Shown here in pieces: positions 49,790 through 58,750 of a stretch of DNA of 64,000 nucleotides; positions within the stretch are counted from its first letter, which is position 1, and every line of letters starts with the position of its first letter. Origin of the DNA: Nannocystis bainbridge (GTDB lineage: Bacteria > Myxococcota_A > Polyangia > Nannocystales > Nannocystaceae); NCBI RefSeq assembly GCF_028368995.1, contig NZ_JAQNDL010000001.1, positions 320,001 to 384,000 of the forward strand, given 5' to 3'. A program made the position numbers and the translations under genes. The notes below the pieces were generated by a model. That model made no database searches. It was not told the DNA's origin and was given only the letters and a program-made list of their open reading frames with translations.

Positions 49790-50962
49790 ATGGCAGGCGA
49801 CCCTCCACCCACGCCGGGGGCCGAGCCCGGGCCCGGCCTCGTCGGAGTCCTCGGCCACGCGCAGGCCCAGGGCGCCGTGGTGCGCGCGCTCGGGCGCGGT
49901 CAGCTGCACCATGCGCTCGTGCTCGTCGGCCCGCGCGGGGTCGGCAAGGCGACCTTCGCCCGCGGCCTCGGCTGCGCCCTCCTGTGCCCGCAGCGCCCCG
50001 GCCTCGGCTGCGGCGCCTGCCCCACCTGTCAGCGCGTGCTCGCCGGCAACCACCCCGACGTCGACTGGCTGGTGCCCGACAGCAAGGCCGGCCTGATCTC
50101 CGTCGACGCCGCCCGCGCCTGCCACGTGCGCCAGACCCACGCCCCCTACGAGGGCCGCGCGTATCTGGTCGTCGTCGATCCGGCCGACGCGCTCGGCGAG
50201 GCCGCCGGCAACGCCCTGCTCAAGACCATCGAGGAGCCGCGCCCCGGGGTCCACTTCGCCCTGCTCACCACCAACCTGCAGGGCATGCTGCCGACGATCC
50301 TCAGCCGCTCGCTGCCGGTCCGCCTCGGCCGCCTCGACGACGACATCGTCCGCAGCATCGTCGACCGCCGCGCCGCCGACGCGCCGCGCGAGCGCCACGA
50401 CATGGCCGTGCTGCTGGCCGAGGGCAGCGCCGGCGTGGCCCTCGAGCTGGCGTCCGACCCGTCGCTCGCGCGCAGCCTCGAGCTGGTCAAGCAGGCCATC
50501 CTGGCCGTGCGCGCCGGGCCCTCGGCGATCTTCGGCGGCGACGTCCACCCGCTGTGGCAGGCGTGGGCCGCAGCCACCGCCCCGAGCGAAGCTGTCCCCG
50601 AGGACAGCCCCGCCGAGCCCGAGCCCGAGGTCCCCGGCGCCAAGAAGAAGAAGGCCAGCAAAAAGGCCGCCAAGTCCGGCGAGGACGGCGAGAAGGCCGC
50701 CAGCAAGAAGGACGCGCCGGCCCTGCAGCGGGCCGCGGTGCGCCGCCTGGTCGAGCTGTGGATCCTCCACGTCCGCGAGCAGCTGCGCGGCCGCGCCGGC
50801 CTGCCGGGCCTGCCCCCGCCGCCGAACGTCGCGCCCGGCACCCTGGTGGCCGCCATCACCGCCCTGCAGCGCCTCGGCGCCCGCGTCGAGCGCATGGGCA
50901 ACGTCCGCCTGATGCTCGAGCAGGGCCTGCTCGAGCAGAGCGCCCTGCTGTCCGCGCCCTAG
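49790..50962 (+). CDS. holB: DNA polymerase III subunit delta'
   Basis: GPRGVGKAT, zinc module C..CGACPTC, GNHPD, NALLKTIEEP and LPTILSR. Confidence 0.88.
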   Translation: MAGDPPPTPGAEPGPGLVGVLGHAQAQGAVVRALGRGQLHHALVLVGPRGVGKATFARGLGCALLCPQRPGLGCGACPTCQRVLAGNHPDVDWLVPDSKAGLISVDAARACHVRQTHAPYEGRAYLVVVDPADALGEAAGNALLKTIEEPRPGVHFALLTTNLQGMLPTILSRSLPVRLGRLDDDIVRSIVDRRAADAPRERHDMAVLLAEGSAGVALELASDPSLARSLELVKQAILAVRAGPSAIFGGDVHPLWQAWAAATAPSEAVPEDSPAEPEPEVPGAKKKKASKKAAKSGEDGEKAASKKDAPALQRAAVRRLVELWILHVREQLRGRAGLPGLPPPPNVAPGTLVAAITALQRLGARVERMGNVRLMLEQGLLEQSALLSAP

Positions 50963-51029
50963 CCCCGAGGACATGTGCCCGGGGACATGCTCCCGGGGAC
51001 ATGCTCTCTACGACATGTCCTGAGATGGA
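50960..51029. repeat. Array of five 14-bp units beginning at the stop codon
   Basis: tagccccgaggaca tgtgcccggggaca tgctcccggggaca tgctctctacgaca tgtcctgagatgga. Confidence 0.88.
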
Positions 51030-51141
51030 GACTGACCGCGGCACTGGCCGAGGCCTCGCCTCCGCGTCCTGACCGTTCATCCATGCCCTTTGCGGCGCCT
51101 CGCGCGGCCGCCGACCGCGAGCGGACGCCAACGCGCCAGCG

Positions 51142-52320
51142 TCAAAGGAACACCATCAGCGCCTGTTGCAGGAACCCGCGGACCGCCTTGGTGGTCGCCA
51201 CCAGCGGCAAGGCCGGGAGCACGCCGAGGATCACCAGCCCGAGCGCGCCGCGGCGGCCGAGCGGGACCAGCCGGAGGGCGCCCACGACCTGGTGGCTGGC
51301 GGCCAGGTCGGCCAGCGACTGCACGTCGGCGGTGCCGAGCAACGATTCGTCGCTCGGCCGCTCCCCCGCGACCCACTTTTCCTCGAAGCGCTGCGTGTAG
51401 CGGCAGCCCAGCGCGCCGTGCTCGAACAGGCTGCGCGACTTGAGGCGCACGAGCGCGGGCGCGACCGCGAACAGCGGCCCGATCACGATCAGCAGCGTGA
51501 GCACCAGCAGCGCCAGGTAGCTCGAGTGGTAAAGCTCGAGCGTGGCGCCCTCGAACAGGATCCGCGTGGCGATCGTGCCGGACACCGCCGCGCTCGCGGC
51601 GAACACGAGGAACCCGAGCGGCAGCAGACCATCGCCGAGGAACCCGAGCCCGCCGGCGCGATCGGGGTGCGTGGCGGTGAGCCGCAGATCGAGCCGCGCG
51701 ACCCGGCGCAAGAAGCCGCCCCAGACGAACAGCCGGTGGATCCAGCGGTACAGCAGGAAGTGAAACAGCGGCAACGAGACCAGCGCGTACCACTGCCCCG
51801 CCCGCCCGAGCGCGTGCCCCGGTGACGGGGCCTTCCACGTCCCTTCCGGGCCGACGCCGAGGAACACGACGGCGACGGTGGTGAGGTACGCGGCCGCGAG
51901 CACGACGGTGGCCGCGGCCCGCGAGTCCCGGGAGCGCTGCGCCGCGACGAGCAGACCGGCGAACACGGGGCGATCCTCGCTGCGCACGAGGTCGGCGGCG
52001 AGGAACTGCGCGGTGCAGCGGTCGAGCCAGGCGCCGATCGGCAGCTCGGCGAGGAGCAGCACCGGCACCGCGAACAGGCAGCGCACGTGGGCGCCGAGAT
52101 CGTGGAGGAACGGCAAGCGGACACCACCCGTCAGGACGCCCTCCGTGCTGGCGAGCACGAGCAGCGGCAGCCACGCAATCGCGGCCGCGCCCGCGGCCAC
52201 GGCGAACGCGTGGTCGTCCAGCGGCGCGAGCCCGAGCCGGCGCAGCACCCTGTGGCCGGGCCCGCCGTCGACCCAGAACAGCGCCGAGACCTCGCCGGGG
52301 ACCTGCCGCGCTTCCCTCAC
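51142..52320 (-). CDS. Hypothetical membrane protein
   Basis: Hydrophobic segments with HPDRAGGLGFL and DVQSLADL motifs; start uncertain. Confidence 0.7.
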   Translation of the reverse strand: MREARQVPGEVSALFWVDGGPGHRVLRRLGLAPLDDHAFAVAAGAAAIAWLPLLVLASTEGVLTGGVRLPFLHDLGAHVRCLFAVPVLLLAELPIGAWLDRCTAQFLAADLVRSEDRPVFAGLLVAAQRSRDSRAAATVVLAAAYLTTVAVVFLGVGPEGTWKAPSPGHALGRAGQWYALVSLPLFHFLLYRWIHRLFVWGGFLRRVARLDLRLTATHPDRAGGLGFLGDGLLPLGFLVFAASAAVSGTIATRILFEGATLELYHSSYLALLVLTLLIVIGPLFAVAPALVRLKSRSLFEHGALGCRYTQRFEEKWVAGERPSDESLLGTADVQSLADLAASHQVVGALRLVPLGRRGALGLVILGVLPALPLVATTKAVRGFLQQALMVFL

Positions 52321-52514
52321 CTCGCCACAGCGTGCGCGTCGGGGGCCGCCCCGCGCCACACCGCCATCCCGCGAGCGCCTCGCGGGGTCCCGGCGAGCCG
52401 CGCCTGGATCGCCCCCGAGCGTTCGCGGCCGGCGCCCTATCGTTTCGCAGCGGTCGCCGCCCGCGCCGCGCCCGCCGGTCGCGTCCGTGCCGCGCGTCGG
52501 CCCCCGCTCACGCA

Positions 52515-52740
52515 TGCCCCTCGGGACATGTCGCCACGAACCTGCCCTTTCACGTCCGTGCCGCACCAGCTCGCTGGCGCCTGCCCCTCGGGACATGTCC
52601 CGACGAACCTGCCGCACGCACATGCCCTTTCGCGTCCGTGCCGCTCCGCTCGCGCCTGCCCATCGGGACATGTCCCAGCGCACCTGCCCCCACGGACATG
52701 CCCTTGAGAGCATGCCCGATCGGACATGCCCCATCGAACA
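52515..52740. repeat. Cluster of 14-bp units with a higher-order ~70-bp triplication
   Basis: TGCCCMTCGGGACATGTC at 52515, 52582 and 52657; six phased units at 52657-52740. Confidence 0.88.
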
Positions 52741-52743
52741 TGC

Positions 52744-53694
52744 TCAGTGCAGCAGCGTCGACACCACGCGCGCCCCTGGCCCGACCTGGTCGACCAGCCC
52801 GCTCCCGGGCACCCCGGCGTGCGTGAAGCTCTCCTCGAGGATGCCGAGCAGCGCCTCTGCGCGGCCGCGCGAGCCGGCCAGCGCGAACGTCGTCGGGCCC
52901 GAGCCGCTGATGCTGCAGGCCAGCGCGCCGGCCTCGCAGCAGGCGGCCTTGGCTTCGAGGTAGCCGGGGATGAGGCCGGCGCGGCACGGCTCGACCAACT
53001 CGTCGACGATCGCCTCGCCGAGCAGCGCCAGGTCGCCGACGTGCAGCGCGTGGACCAGCAGCCCGAGGCGGCTCGCCTGCTGCACCGTCGCCTGCAGCGG
53101 CACCTGGGCCGGCAGCACCGCGCGGGCCTCGGCCGTGCTGACCGAGCAGCCCGGGGTGTACACCGCCAGCCACAGGTCCGCGGGGCTCGGCAGCGCAATC
53201 AGGCGCAGCGGGTCGAGCTGCGGGATGAGCACCACGCCGCCGAGGATCGCCGGCGCCACGTTGTCGGGGTGGGCCGCGCCGCAGGCGACGCGCTCGCCCT
53301 CGCGGGCCAGGTCGACCAGCTGCGTCGGCTGCAGCCCGAGCCCGAGGGCCGCGTCGGCCGCCACCAGCGCCGCGCAGGCGCTCGCGCCCGACGATCCGAG
53401 CCCGCTGCCGAGCGGCAGGCCCTTGTGGACCTCGAGCTCGACCCCGGCGTCCGGCGCGTAGCGGCGCAGCAGCTCGGCCACGGCCACGCCCGCGGTGTTC
53501 TTGTCGGCGGTGCGCGGCAGCTTGCCGCCGTCGCCCTCGACCTTGACGATCGTCACGCCCGGCCCCTCGGCCCGGCGCGCGCGCACGCGGTCGCCGGGGC
53601 CGCGCAGGGCCAGGCCGAGGCAGTCGAAGCCGGGTCCGAGGTTCGACACCGTCGCGGGCGCGAACGCCTCGATCCATGGTCGCGGTCGTGACAT
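52744..53694 (-). CDS. thrB: Homoserine kinase
   Basis: PATVSNLGPGFDCLG, PLGSGLGSS, HPDNVAP and ISGSGPT. Confidence 0.96.
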   Translation of the reverse strand: MSRPRPWIEAFAPATVSNLGPGFDCLGLALRGPGDRVRARRAEGPGVTIVKVEGDGGKLPRTADKNTAGVAVAELLRRYAPDAGVELEVHKGLPLGSGLGSSGASACAALVAADAALGLGLQPTQLVDLAREGERVACGAAHPDNVAPAILGGVVLIPQLDPLRLIALPSPADLWLAVYTPGCSVSTAEARAVLPAQVPLQATVQQASRLGLLVHALHVGDLALLGEAIVDELVEPCRAGLIPGYLEAKAACCEAGALACSISGSGPTTFALAGSRGRAEALLGILEESFTHAGVPGSGLVDQVGPGARVVSTLLH

Positions 53695-53791
53695 GGCCAA
53701 AGAGTCAGGCTCAGGATCGGCGCCCAGTCAAGCGAGGTGGTTCAAGCCGAGGGGTGCAAGCGAGGTGGTTCGAGCCGCGCGCCGCGCTGGC

Positions 53792-54727
53792 TCAGCGGCG
53801 CAGCGCGTCGTCGATCCAGCCGACCACGGTGCCGCCGAACATGTACTCGTTGAAGTAGCGGCCGTTGACGAACACCGCCGGGGTGCCGGTGATCTCGAGC
53901 TTCTCGCCGTCGAGGCGGTCGGCCTCGACCAGGTCCTTGCCTTTGAGGGCGGCGAACTCGGTGTCGAACTGCTTCATGTCGAGGCCGATCTTCTGCGCGT
54001 ACTTGCGGATGTCGGCGTCGGACAGGGCCGTCTGGTTCTCGAACACGATGTCGTGCATCTCCCAGAACTTGCCCTGCGACTGGGCCGCGACCGTGGCGAT
54101 CGCGGCGACCTTGGCCCGCGGGTGGGCCGACAGCGGGAAGTGCTTGAACACCAGCTTGGCGCGGCCGCGGAACTGGTCGACCGCCTGGCGCAGCATCGGC
54201 GCCTCGGCGCGGCAGTGCGGGCACTCGAAGTCGGCGAACACCACCACCGTCACCGGCGCCCGCTCGTTGCCGTAGACCGGCCGGCCCTCGATGTCGATCT
54301 TGCGCGGCTGGAGCGCGCCGACGACGTACTCCATGTTGGCCTTGATGTCGCTCGGCGAGGCGCCCGAGGCCAGCGCGTCGGCGATGAACTGCGACACGCT
54401 GAGCGAGTCGCGGCAGGCGGCGTCGTCGCGCAGCGACACGGCCAGGCTGTGCGGCTTGCCGCAGGCCGACGGCTCGCTGTTCAGCAGCTGGAAGAAGCTG
54501 GTCTTCTGCGGCTCGGACAGGCGCGACAGGTCGACGCCCTTGGCCTCGGTGATCTCGCTGACGGGCGGCGGCGCGGCGTCGCTGGGCGGCGCGTCGGCCT
54601 TGGTGGTCGCGGCGACCGGCCCGCCCTTGTTCTCGGGGGTGCCCGCCTCGGGCACCGAGGTGCAGGCCGGGCTACAGGCCGAGAGGATGAAGAGCAGGGG
54701 TGCGAGCGAGCACTTGGAGCGGGTCAT
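53792..54727 (-). CDS. DsbA-like thioredoxin-fold lipoprotein
   Basis: DFECPHC, KHFPL..H, QGKFWEMHD and GTPAVFVNG. Confidence 0.9.
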   Translation of the reverse strand: MTRSKCSLAPLLFILSACSPACTSVPEAGTPENKGGPVAATTKADAPPSDAAPPPVSEITEAKGVDLSRLSEPQKTSFFQLLNSEPSACGKPHSLAVSLRDDAACRDSLSVSQFIADALASGASPSDIKANMEYVVGALQPRKIDIEGRPVYGNERAPVTVVVFADFECPHCRAEAPMLRQAVDQFRGRAKLVFKHFPLSAHPRAKVAAIATVAAQSQGKFWEMHDIVFENQTALSDADIRKYAQKIGLDMKQFDTEFAALKGKDLVEADRLDGEKLEITGTPAVFVNGRYFNEYMFGGTVVGWIDDALRR

Positions 54728-54932
54728 CGCGGACGATCCTGGCGGGCGCAGCCGGCGAGTTCGCCGCAAGGTCGCAGCGTCCGGCAGAATTGATCGCGCA
54801 ACGCTAACGCACGCATCGCGGGCCTGCAAGCGTCCCCGAGCGCCGCGGCCTTTTGTCCGGACATTTCGGACGGCGGCGGATGACCGCGGAGAAAGCTCCA
54901 CGTTCGGGGAAAAACTCACTCGTACGGACGCA

Positions 54933-54977
54933 TTGACACGGTTCTCGGCCCGGGCGATACAGCCTCGCGCAGGAGGA
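54933..54977 (+). promoter_or_regulatory. Possible sigma70-type promoter and RBS of etfB
   Basis: TTGACA at 54933, weak -10 candidate (GATACA) 17 bp later, AGGAGGA upstream of the TTG start. Confidence 0.35.
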
Positions 54978-54984
54978 GTCCCTT

Positions 54985-55803
54985 TTGAAAATTTTGGTCT
55001 GTGTCAAGCGGATCCCGGATCCCGACGAGAGCCTGAAATTCGCCGGCGGCGGGCTCGACTACTCTGCCTCGAAGTGGGTCCCGAACGCCTTCGACGAGTA
55101 CGCCATCGAGACCGCCCTCCGTCTCGCCGAAGTCGTCGGCGGCACGCAGCGGCTGGCCGAGGTGATCGTCCTGGGGATCGGCCCCGAGAGCCAGCGGCAG
55201 CAGCTCACGCAGTTCCTCGCCATGGGCGCCGACCGCGGCATCATCGTCGACGCCGACCCGGACAAGCTCGACACCGCCACCGTGTCCAAGCTGATCGCCG
55301 CGGTGTTCAAGAAGGAGGCCTGTGACCTCCTCGTCGCCGGCAAGCTGTCGCAGGACAACGAGGGCGGCCAGGTCCCGCAGCGCGTCGCCGGGCTGCTCGA
55401 TGTCCCGCAGGCCAGCTTCGCCGCGACCATCGAGTGGGACCAGGGCGCCAAGGTGCTGACGGTCGGCCGCGAGGTCGACGACGGCGTCGAGGTCAAGCGC
55501 GTGCCGCTGCCGGCGGTCGTCTCGGTCGACCTCCGCATCGTCCTGCCGAAGAGCGTCAAGAACGGCTCGACCCCGGCGACCCACGCCTACCAGGAGGGCC
55601 CGCGGCTCGCCTCGCTCAAGGGCATCACCATGGCCAAGCGCAAGCCGGTCGCCGTGCTGAAGCCGGCCGACCTCGGCGTCGCCGTCGGCGGCAACGAGCA
55701 GGTCGTCGGCATCGCCGCCCCGCCGGCGCGCAAGGCCGGTCAGAAGGTCAAGACGGTCGAGGAGCTGTTCGAGAAGCTCACGAAGGAAGCGAAGGTCATC
55801 TAA
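54985..55803 (+). CDS. etfB: Electron transfer flavoprotein beta subunit
   Basis: MKILVCVKRIPD, NAFDEYAIETALRL, AMGADRG and REVDDG. Confidence 0.95.
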   Translation: MKILVCVKRIPDPDESLKFAGGGLDYSASKWVPNAFDEYAIETALRLAEVVGGTQRLAEVIVLGIGPESQRQQLTQFLAMGADRGIIVDADPDKLDTATVSKLIAAVFKKEACDLLVAGKLSQDNEGGQVPQRVAGLLDVPQASFAATIEWDQGAKVLTVGREVDDGVEVKRVPLPAVVSVDLRIVLPKSVKNGSTPATHAYQEGPRLASLKGITMAKRKPVAVLKPADLGVAVGGNEQVVGIAAPPARKAGQKVKTVEELFEKLTKEAKVI

Positions 55804-55804
55804 C

Positions 55805-56779
55805 ATGAGCAACGTCCTCGTCATCCTCGAAACCGCCGGCGGACAGATCCGCCCGCACAGCCTGCCCGGCATCACCTGCGCGGCCGAGATCGCCCGCGCC
55901 ACGGGCAAGCCGCTGCACCTGCTGGTGCTCGGCGCCCAGCCCGACGCCGCCGCCCAGGCGATCGCCGCCGCCGGCTACGGCGCGGCCGCCGTCCACACCC
56001 TCGCCGCGCCGGCGCTCGAGCCGTTCACGGCCGAGGCGTGGGCCGACGCCATCGTCCACGCCGCGCGCACGCTCGGCGCCAGCATCATCGGCGGCACCGC
56101 CTCCTCGACGCTGCGCGACGCCCTGCCCCGCGCCGCCGCGATCCTCGACGCGCCGCTCGTCTCCGAGGTCGTCAAGGTCAAGTCGGGTGACACCTTCGTC
56201 CGCCCGATCTCGGCCGGCCGCGCCCTCCAGGACCAGAAGGTCAACGCCGGCACGTTCTTCTTCACCGCCCGCGGCACCGAGTTCGAGCACGCTCAGCCGA
56301 GCGGCGCCGTGCCCGTCCAGGCCGTCGCCCCCGCCGCGGTCAACGCCCGCGGCGCCGTCGTCCAGGGCGTGCAGAAGACCGAGTCGTCGCGCCCGCAGTT
56401 GACCGAGGCCAAGGTCATCGTGTCCGGCGGCCGCGGCATGCGCGAGGGCGCCAACTTCAAGTCCCTCGAGCAGCTCACCGACCTGCTCGGCGGCGCTCTC
56501 GGTGCCAGCCGCGCCGCGACCGACGCCGGCATGGTCCCCGCCGACCTGCAGGTCGGTCAGACCGGCAAGATCGTCGCCCCGGACCTCTACTTCGCAGTGG
56601 CGATCTCCGGCGCGATCCAGCACCTCGCCGGCATGAAGGGCTCGAAGACGATCGTCGCCATCAACAAGGACGCCGAGGCCCCGATCTTCCAGGTCGCCGA
56701 CTACGGCCTGGTCGGCAAGTGGGAAGAGGCGGTCCCGCGGCTCATCGAGCTGATCAAGGCCCGCAAGGGCGCGGCCTGA
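55805..56779 (+). CDS. etfA: Electron transfer flavoprotein alpha subunit
   Basis: [33 protein letters not shown] and AINKD.EAPIF. Confidence 0.96.
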   Translation: MSNVLVILETAGGQIRPHSLPGITCAAEIARATGKPLHLLVLGAQPDAAAQAIAAAGYGAAAVHTLAAPALEPFTAEAWADAIVHAARTLGASIIGGTASSTLRDALPRAAAILDAPLVSEVVKVKSGDTFVRPISAGRALQDQKVNAGTFFFTARGTEFEHAQPSGAVPVQAVAPAAVNARGAVVQGVQKTESSRPQLTEAKVIVSGGRGMREGANFKSLEQLTDLLGGALGASRAATDAGMVPADLQVGQTGKIVAPDLYFAVAISGAIQHLAGMKGSKTIVAINKDAEAPIFQVADYGLVGKWEEAVPRLIELIKARKGAA

Positions 56780-56925
56780 GCTCGCAGCCTCGCTTCGACC
56801 GGCGCGGCCTCGCTCCTCACCCCTGCGGGTGAGGGCCGAGGCCGCCGGCGTTTCGGCGGCTCGCGGCGCCCCCGGGCGGCCTGCGTCCGGCCAGGACGCG
56901 AAGGGTGTTACGCTCCCGGCCCGCA

Positions 56926-58545
56926 ATGGGCAGCCAGACCGCATCGCGGCGGCAGACCGTGTACGCCCTCGCGATCGCCCTGGTCGCCGGCATCGTCCTG
57001 CTCGTCGTCTCGCAGGTCGCGCTGGCGTGGATGACCGGTGAGCCGCTGCAGCGGACCGCCGCCGTGGTCGCCGGCCTGGTCGCGCTGGTCCAGGTGCTCG
57101 CGGTCTACATGTCCGCGAGGACAGGCCTGGTCGAGACCGCCGGGCGCGACGCCGTGCGGGTGTTCGTCATCGCCCCGCCGGCCGCCCTCGTGGTCGCCGT
57201 CCCGCTGCTGTGGGGCAGCGTCTTGCAGACCACCAGCGTGCCGGCGCTGCTGCCCTCGCTCGGCCCGGTGCTCGCCGCCGTGTGGGGCGTCGCGCTCGCG
57301 CTCGCGCCCGCCTGCATGGCCGCCTACCAGCACCTCGGCGGCGACCCGCGGCCCGCCTCGCGCGACGAGTACCAGACTGCCCTCGCCGCCTGGTGCTCGC
57401 TGTTCGCCAGCGCAGTCAGCTCCGCGGGCGTCCTGGCGACCGGGCGGATCCTCGCCGCCGCCGCCCCCGAGGCCACCTCGCGCGAGCTGTGGCCCGCGCT
57501 CGGCCTCGCCGTCCTCACCGGTCTGTTCGCCCGCGCCGGCGGTCTGTTCGCCCGCGACACCGGCGGCGAGGTCCTCGCGCTCGCGCGCCGGCTCGACCGC
57601 GTCAACATCGACACCGCCGCCGGCAGCCGCCCGCTGGTCATCACCCGCGTCGATCGCCTCGGCGCCCTCCAGGCCGAGCTCGAGCGCCTGCGCCGCGACC
57701 TCGTCGGCGAGCACCGCCTCTACAAGGAGACCCTGCTGCAGACGCGCGAGGCCGCCGAGGCCAAGGCCGAATTTTTGGCCGCCGTCAGCCACGAGCTGCG
57801 GACCCCGCTCAACTCGATCTGCGGCTTCTCGCAGCTGCTGCTCGAGGGCCTCTCGACCCCGCTGTCCGACGAGCAGCGCGAGGACATCCGCCTGATCCGC
57901 ACCAGCGGCATGCAGCTGCTCGGCCTCATCAACGACATCCTCGACATCTCGATGATCGAGTCCGGCGAGCTGCGCCTCTACTTCGCCTCCGAAGATCCCG
58001 CCGACATGATCGACGAGGTCTGGCGCCAGCACCGGCCGCTCGTGCAGGAGACCGGCCTGGAGCTGCGCACCGAGGTCCCCGGCGACCTCCCGCGGGTCGT
58101 GTGCGACCGCCGGCGGATCTGCCAGATCTTGAACAACCTGCTGTCGAACGCCACCAAGTTCACCGAGAAGGGCTCGATCATCATCGCCGCCGCGTTCGAG
58201 CCGCTGCACGGGCGCGTGCTGATCCGCGTCACCGACACCGGCATCGGCATCGCCCCCGAGGACATGGAGAAGATCTTCCAGGAGTACCGCCAGGTCGGCA
58301 ACCTCGCCCAGCGCAAGAAGGGCACCGGCCTCGGCCTGGCGATCGCCCGCAGCATCGCCAACCACCACTCCGGCTCGCTCGAGGTCAGCTCCAGCCCCGG
58401 CCGCGGCTCGACCTTCACCCTCTCGCTGCCGCTGACCCCCCCGCGCAAGCCGACCTCGATCGACATGACCGAGGAGGCCGTGCGCGCCAGCCAGCGGTTC
58501 TGGAACCCGCGCAGCTCGTCGCAGAACGGGGAGGCCGACGCGTGA
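56926..58545 (+). CDS. Membrane sensor histidine kinase
   Basis: About 6 TM helices; H box [10 protein letters not shown] box [15 protein letters not shown] and GTGLGL. Confidence 0.94.
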   Translation: MGSQTASRRQTVYALAIALVAGIVLLVVSQVALAWMTGEPLQRTAAVVAGLVALVQVLAVYMSARTGLVETAGRDAVRVFVIAPPAALVVAVPLLWGSVLQTTSVPALLPSLGPVLAAVWGVALALAPACMAAYQHLGGDPRPASRDEYQTALAAWCSLFASAVSSAGVLATGRILAAAAPEATSRELWPALGLAVLTGLFARAGGLFARDTGGEVLALARRLDRVNIDTAAGSRPLVITRVDRLGALQAELERLRRDLVGEHRLYKETLLQTREAAEAKAEFLAAVSHELRTPLNSICGFSQLLLEGLSTPLSDEQREDIRLIRTSGMQLLGLINDILDISMIESGELRLYFASEDPADMIDEVWRQHRPLVQETGLELRTEVPGDLPRVVCDRRRICQILNNLLSNATKFTEKGSIIIAAAFEPLHGRVLIRVTDTGIGIAPEDMEKIFQEYRQVGNLAQRKKGTGLGLAIARSIANHHSGSLEVSSSPGRGSTFTLSLPLTPPRKPTSIDMTEEAVRASQRFWNPRSSSQNGEADA

Positions 58546-58641
58546 GTCCGGCCGCGAGGACGGCGCCCCTGCCCCGTGGGGCCCGGCGAGCCGCAACCGG
58601 CCCGGCGCGTCGCGCGGACCTCGCTCGCTCGATGTTCCACC

Positions 58642-58733
58642 TGTCCGAAGAGACATCCACCACGTCGCCCGCGGCGAATCACATGTCCTCCGAGACATGT
58701 CCCTTCTCGCACCTCGACATGTCCGCAAAGACA
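58642..58733. repeat. Cluster of 14-bp units
   Basis: tgtccgaagagaca (58642), tgtcctccgagaca (58684) and tgtccgcaaagaca (58720). Confidence 0.8.
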
Positions 58734-58750
58734 GCCGCGGAGGCCCGCCC

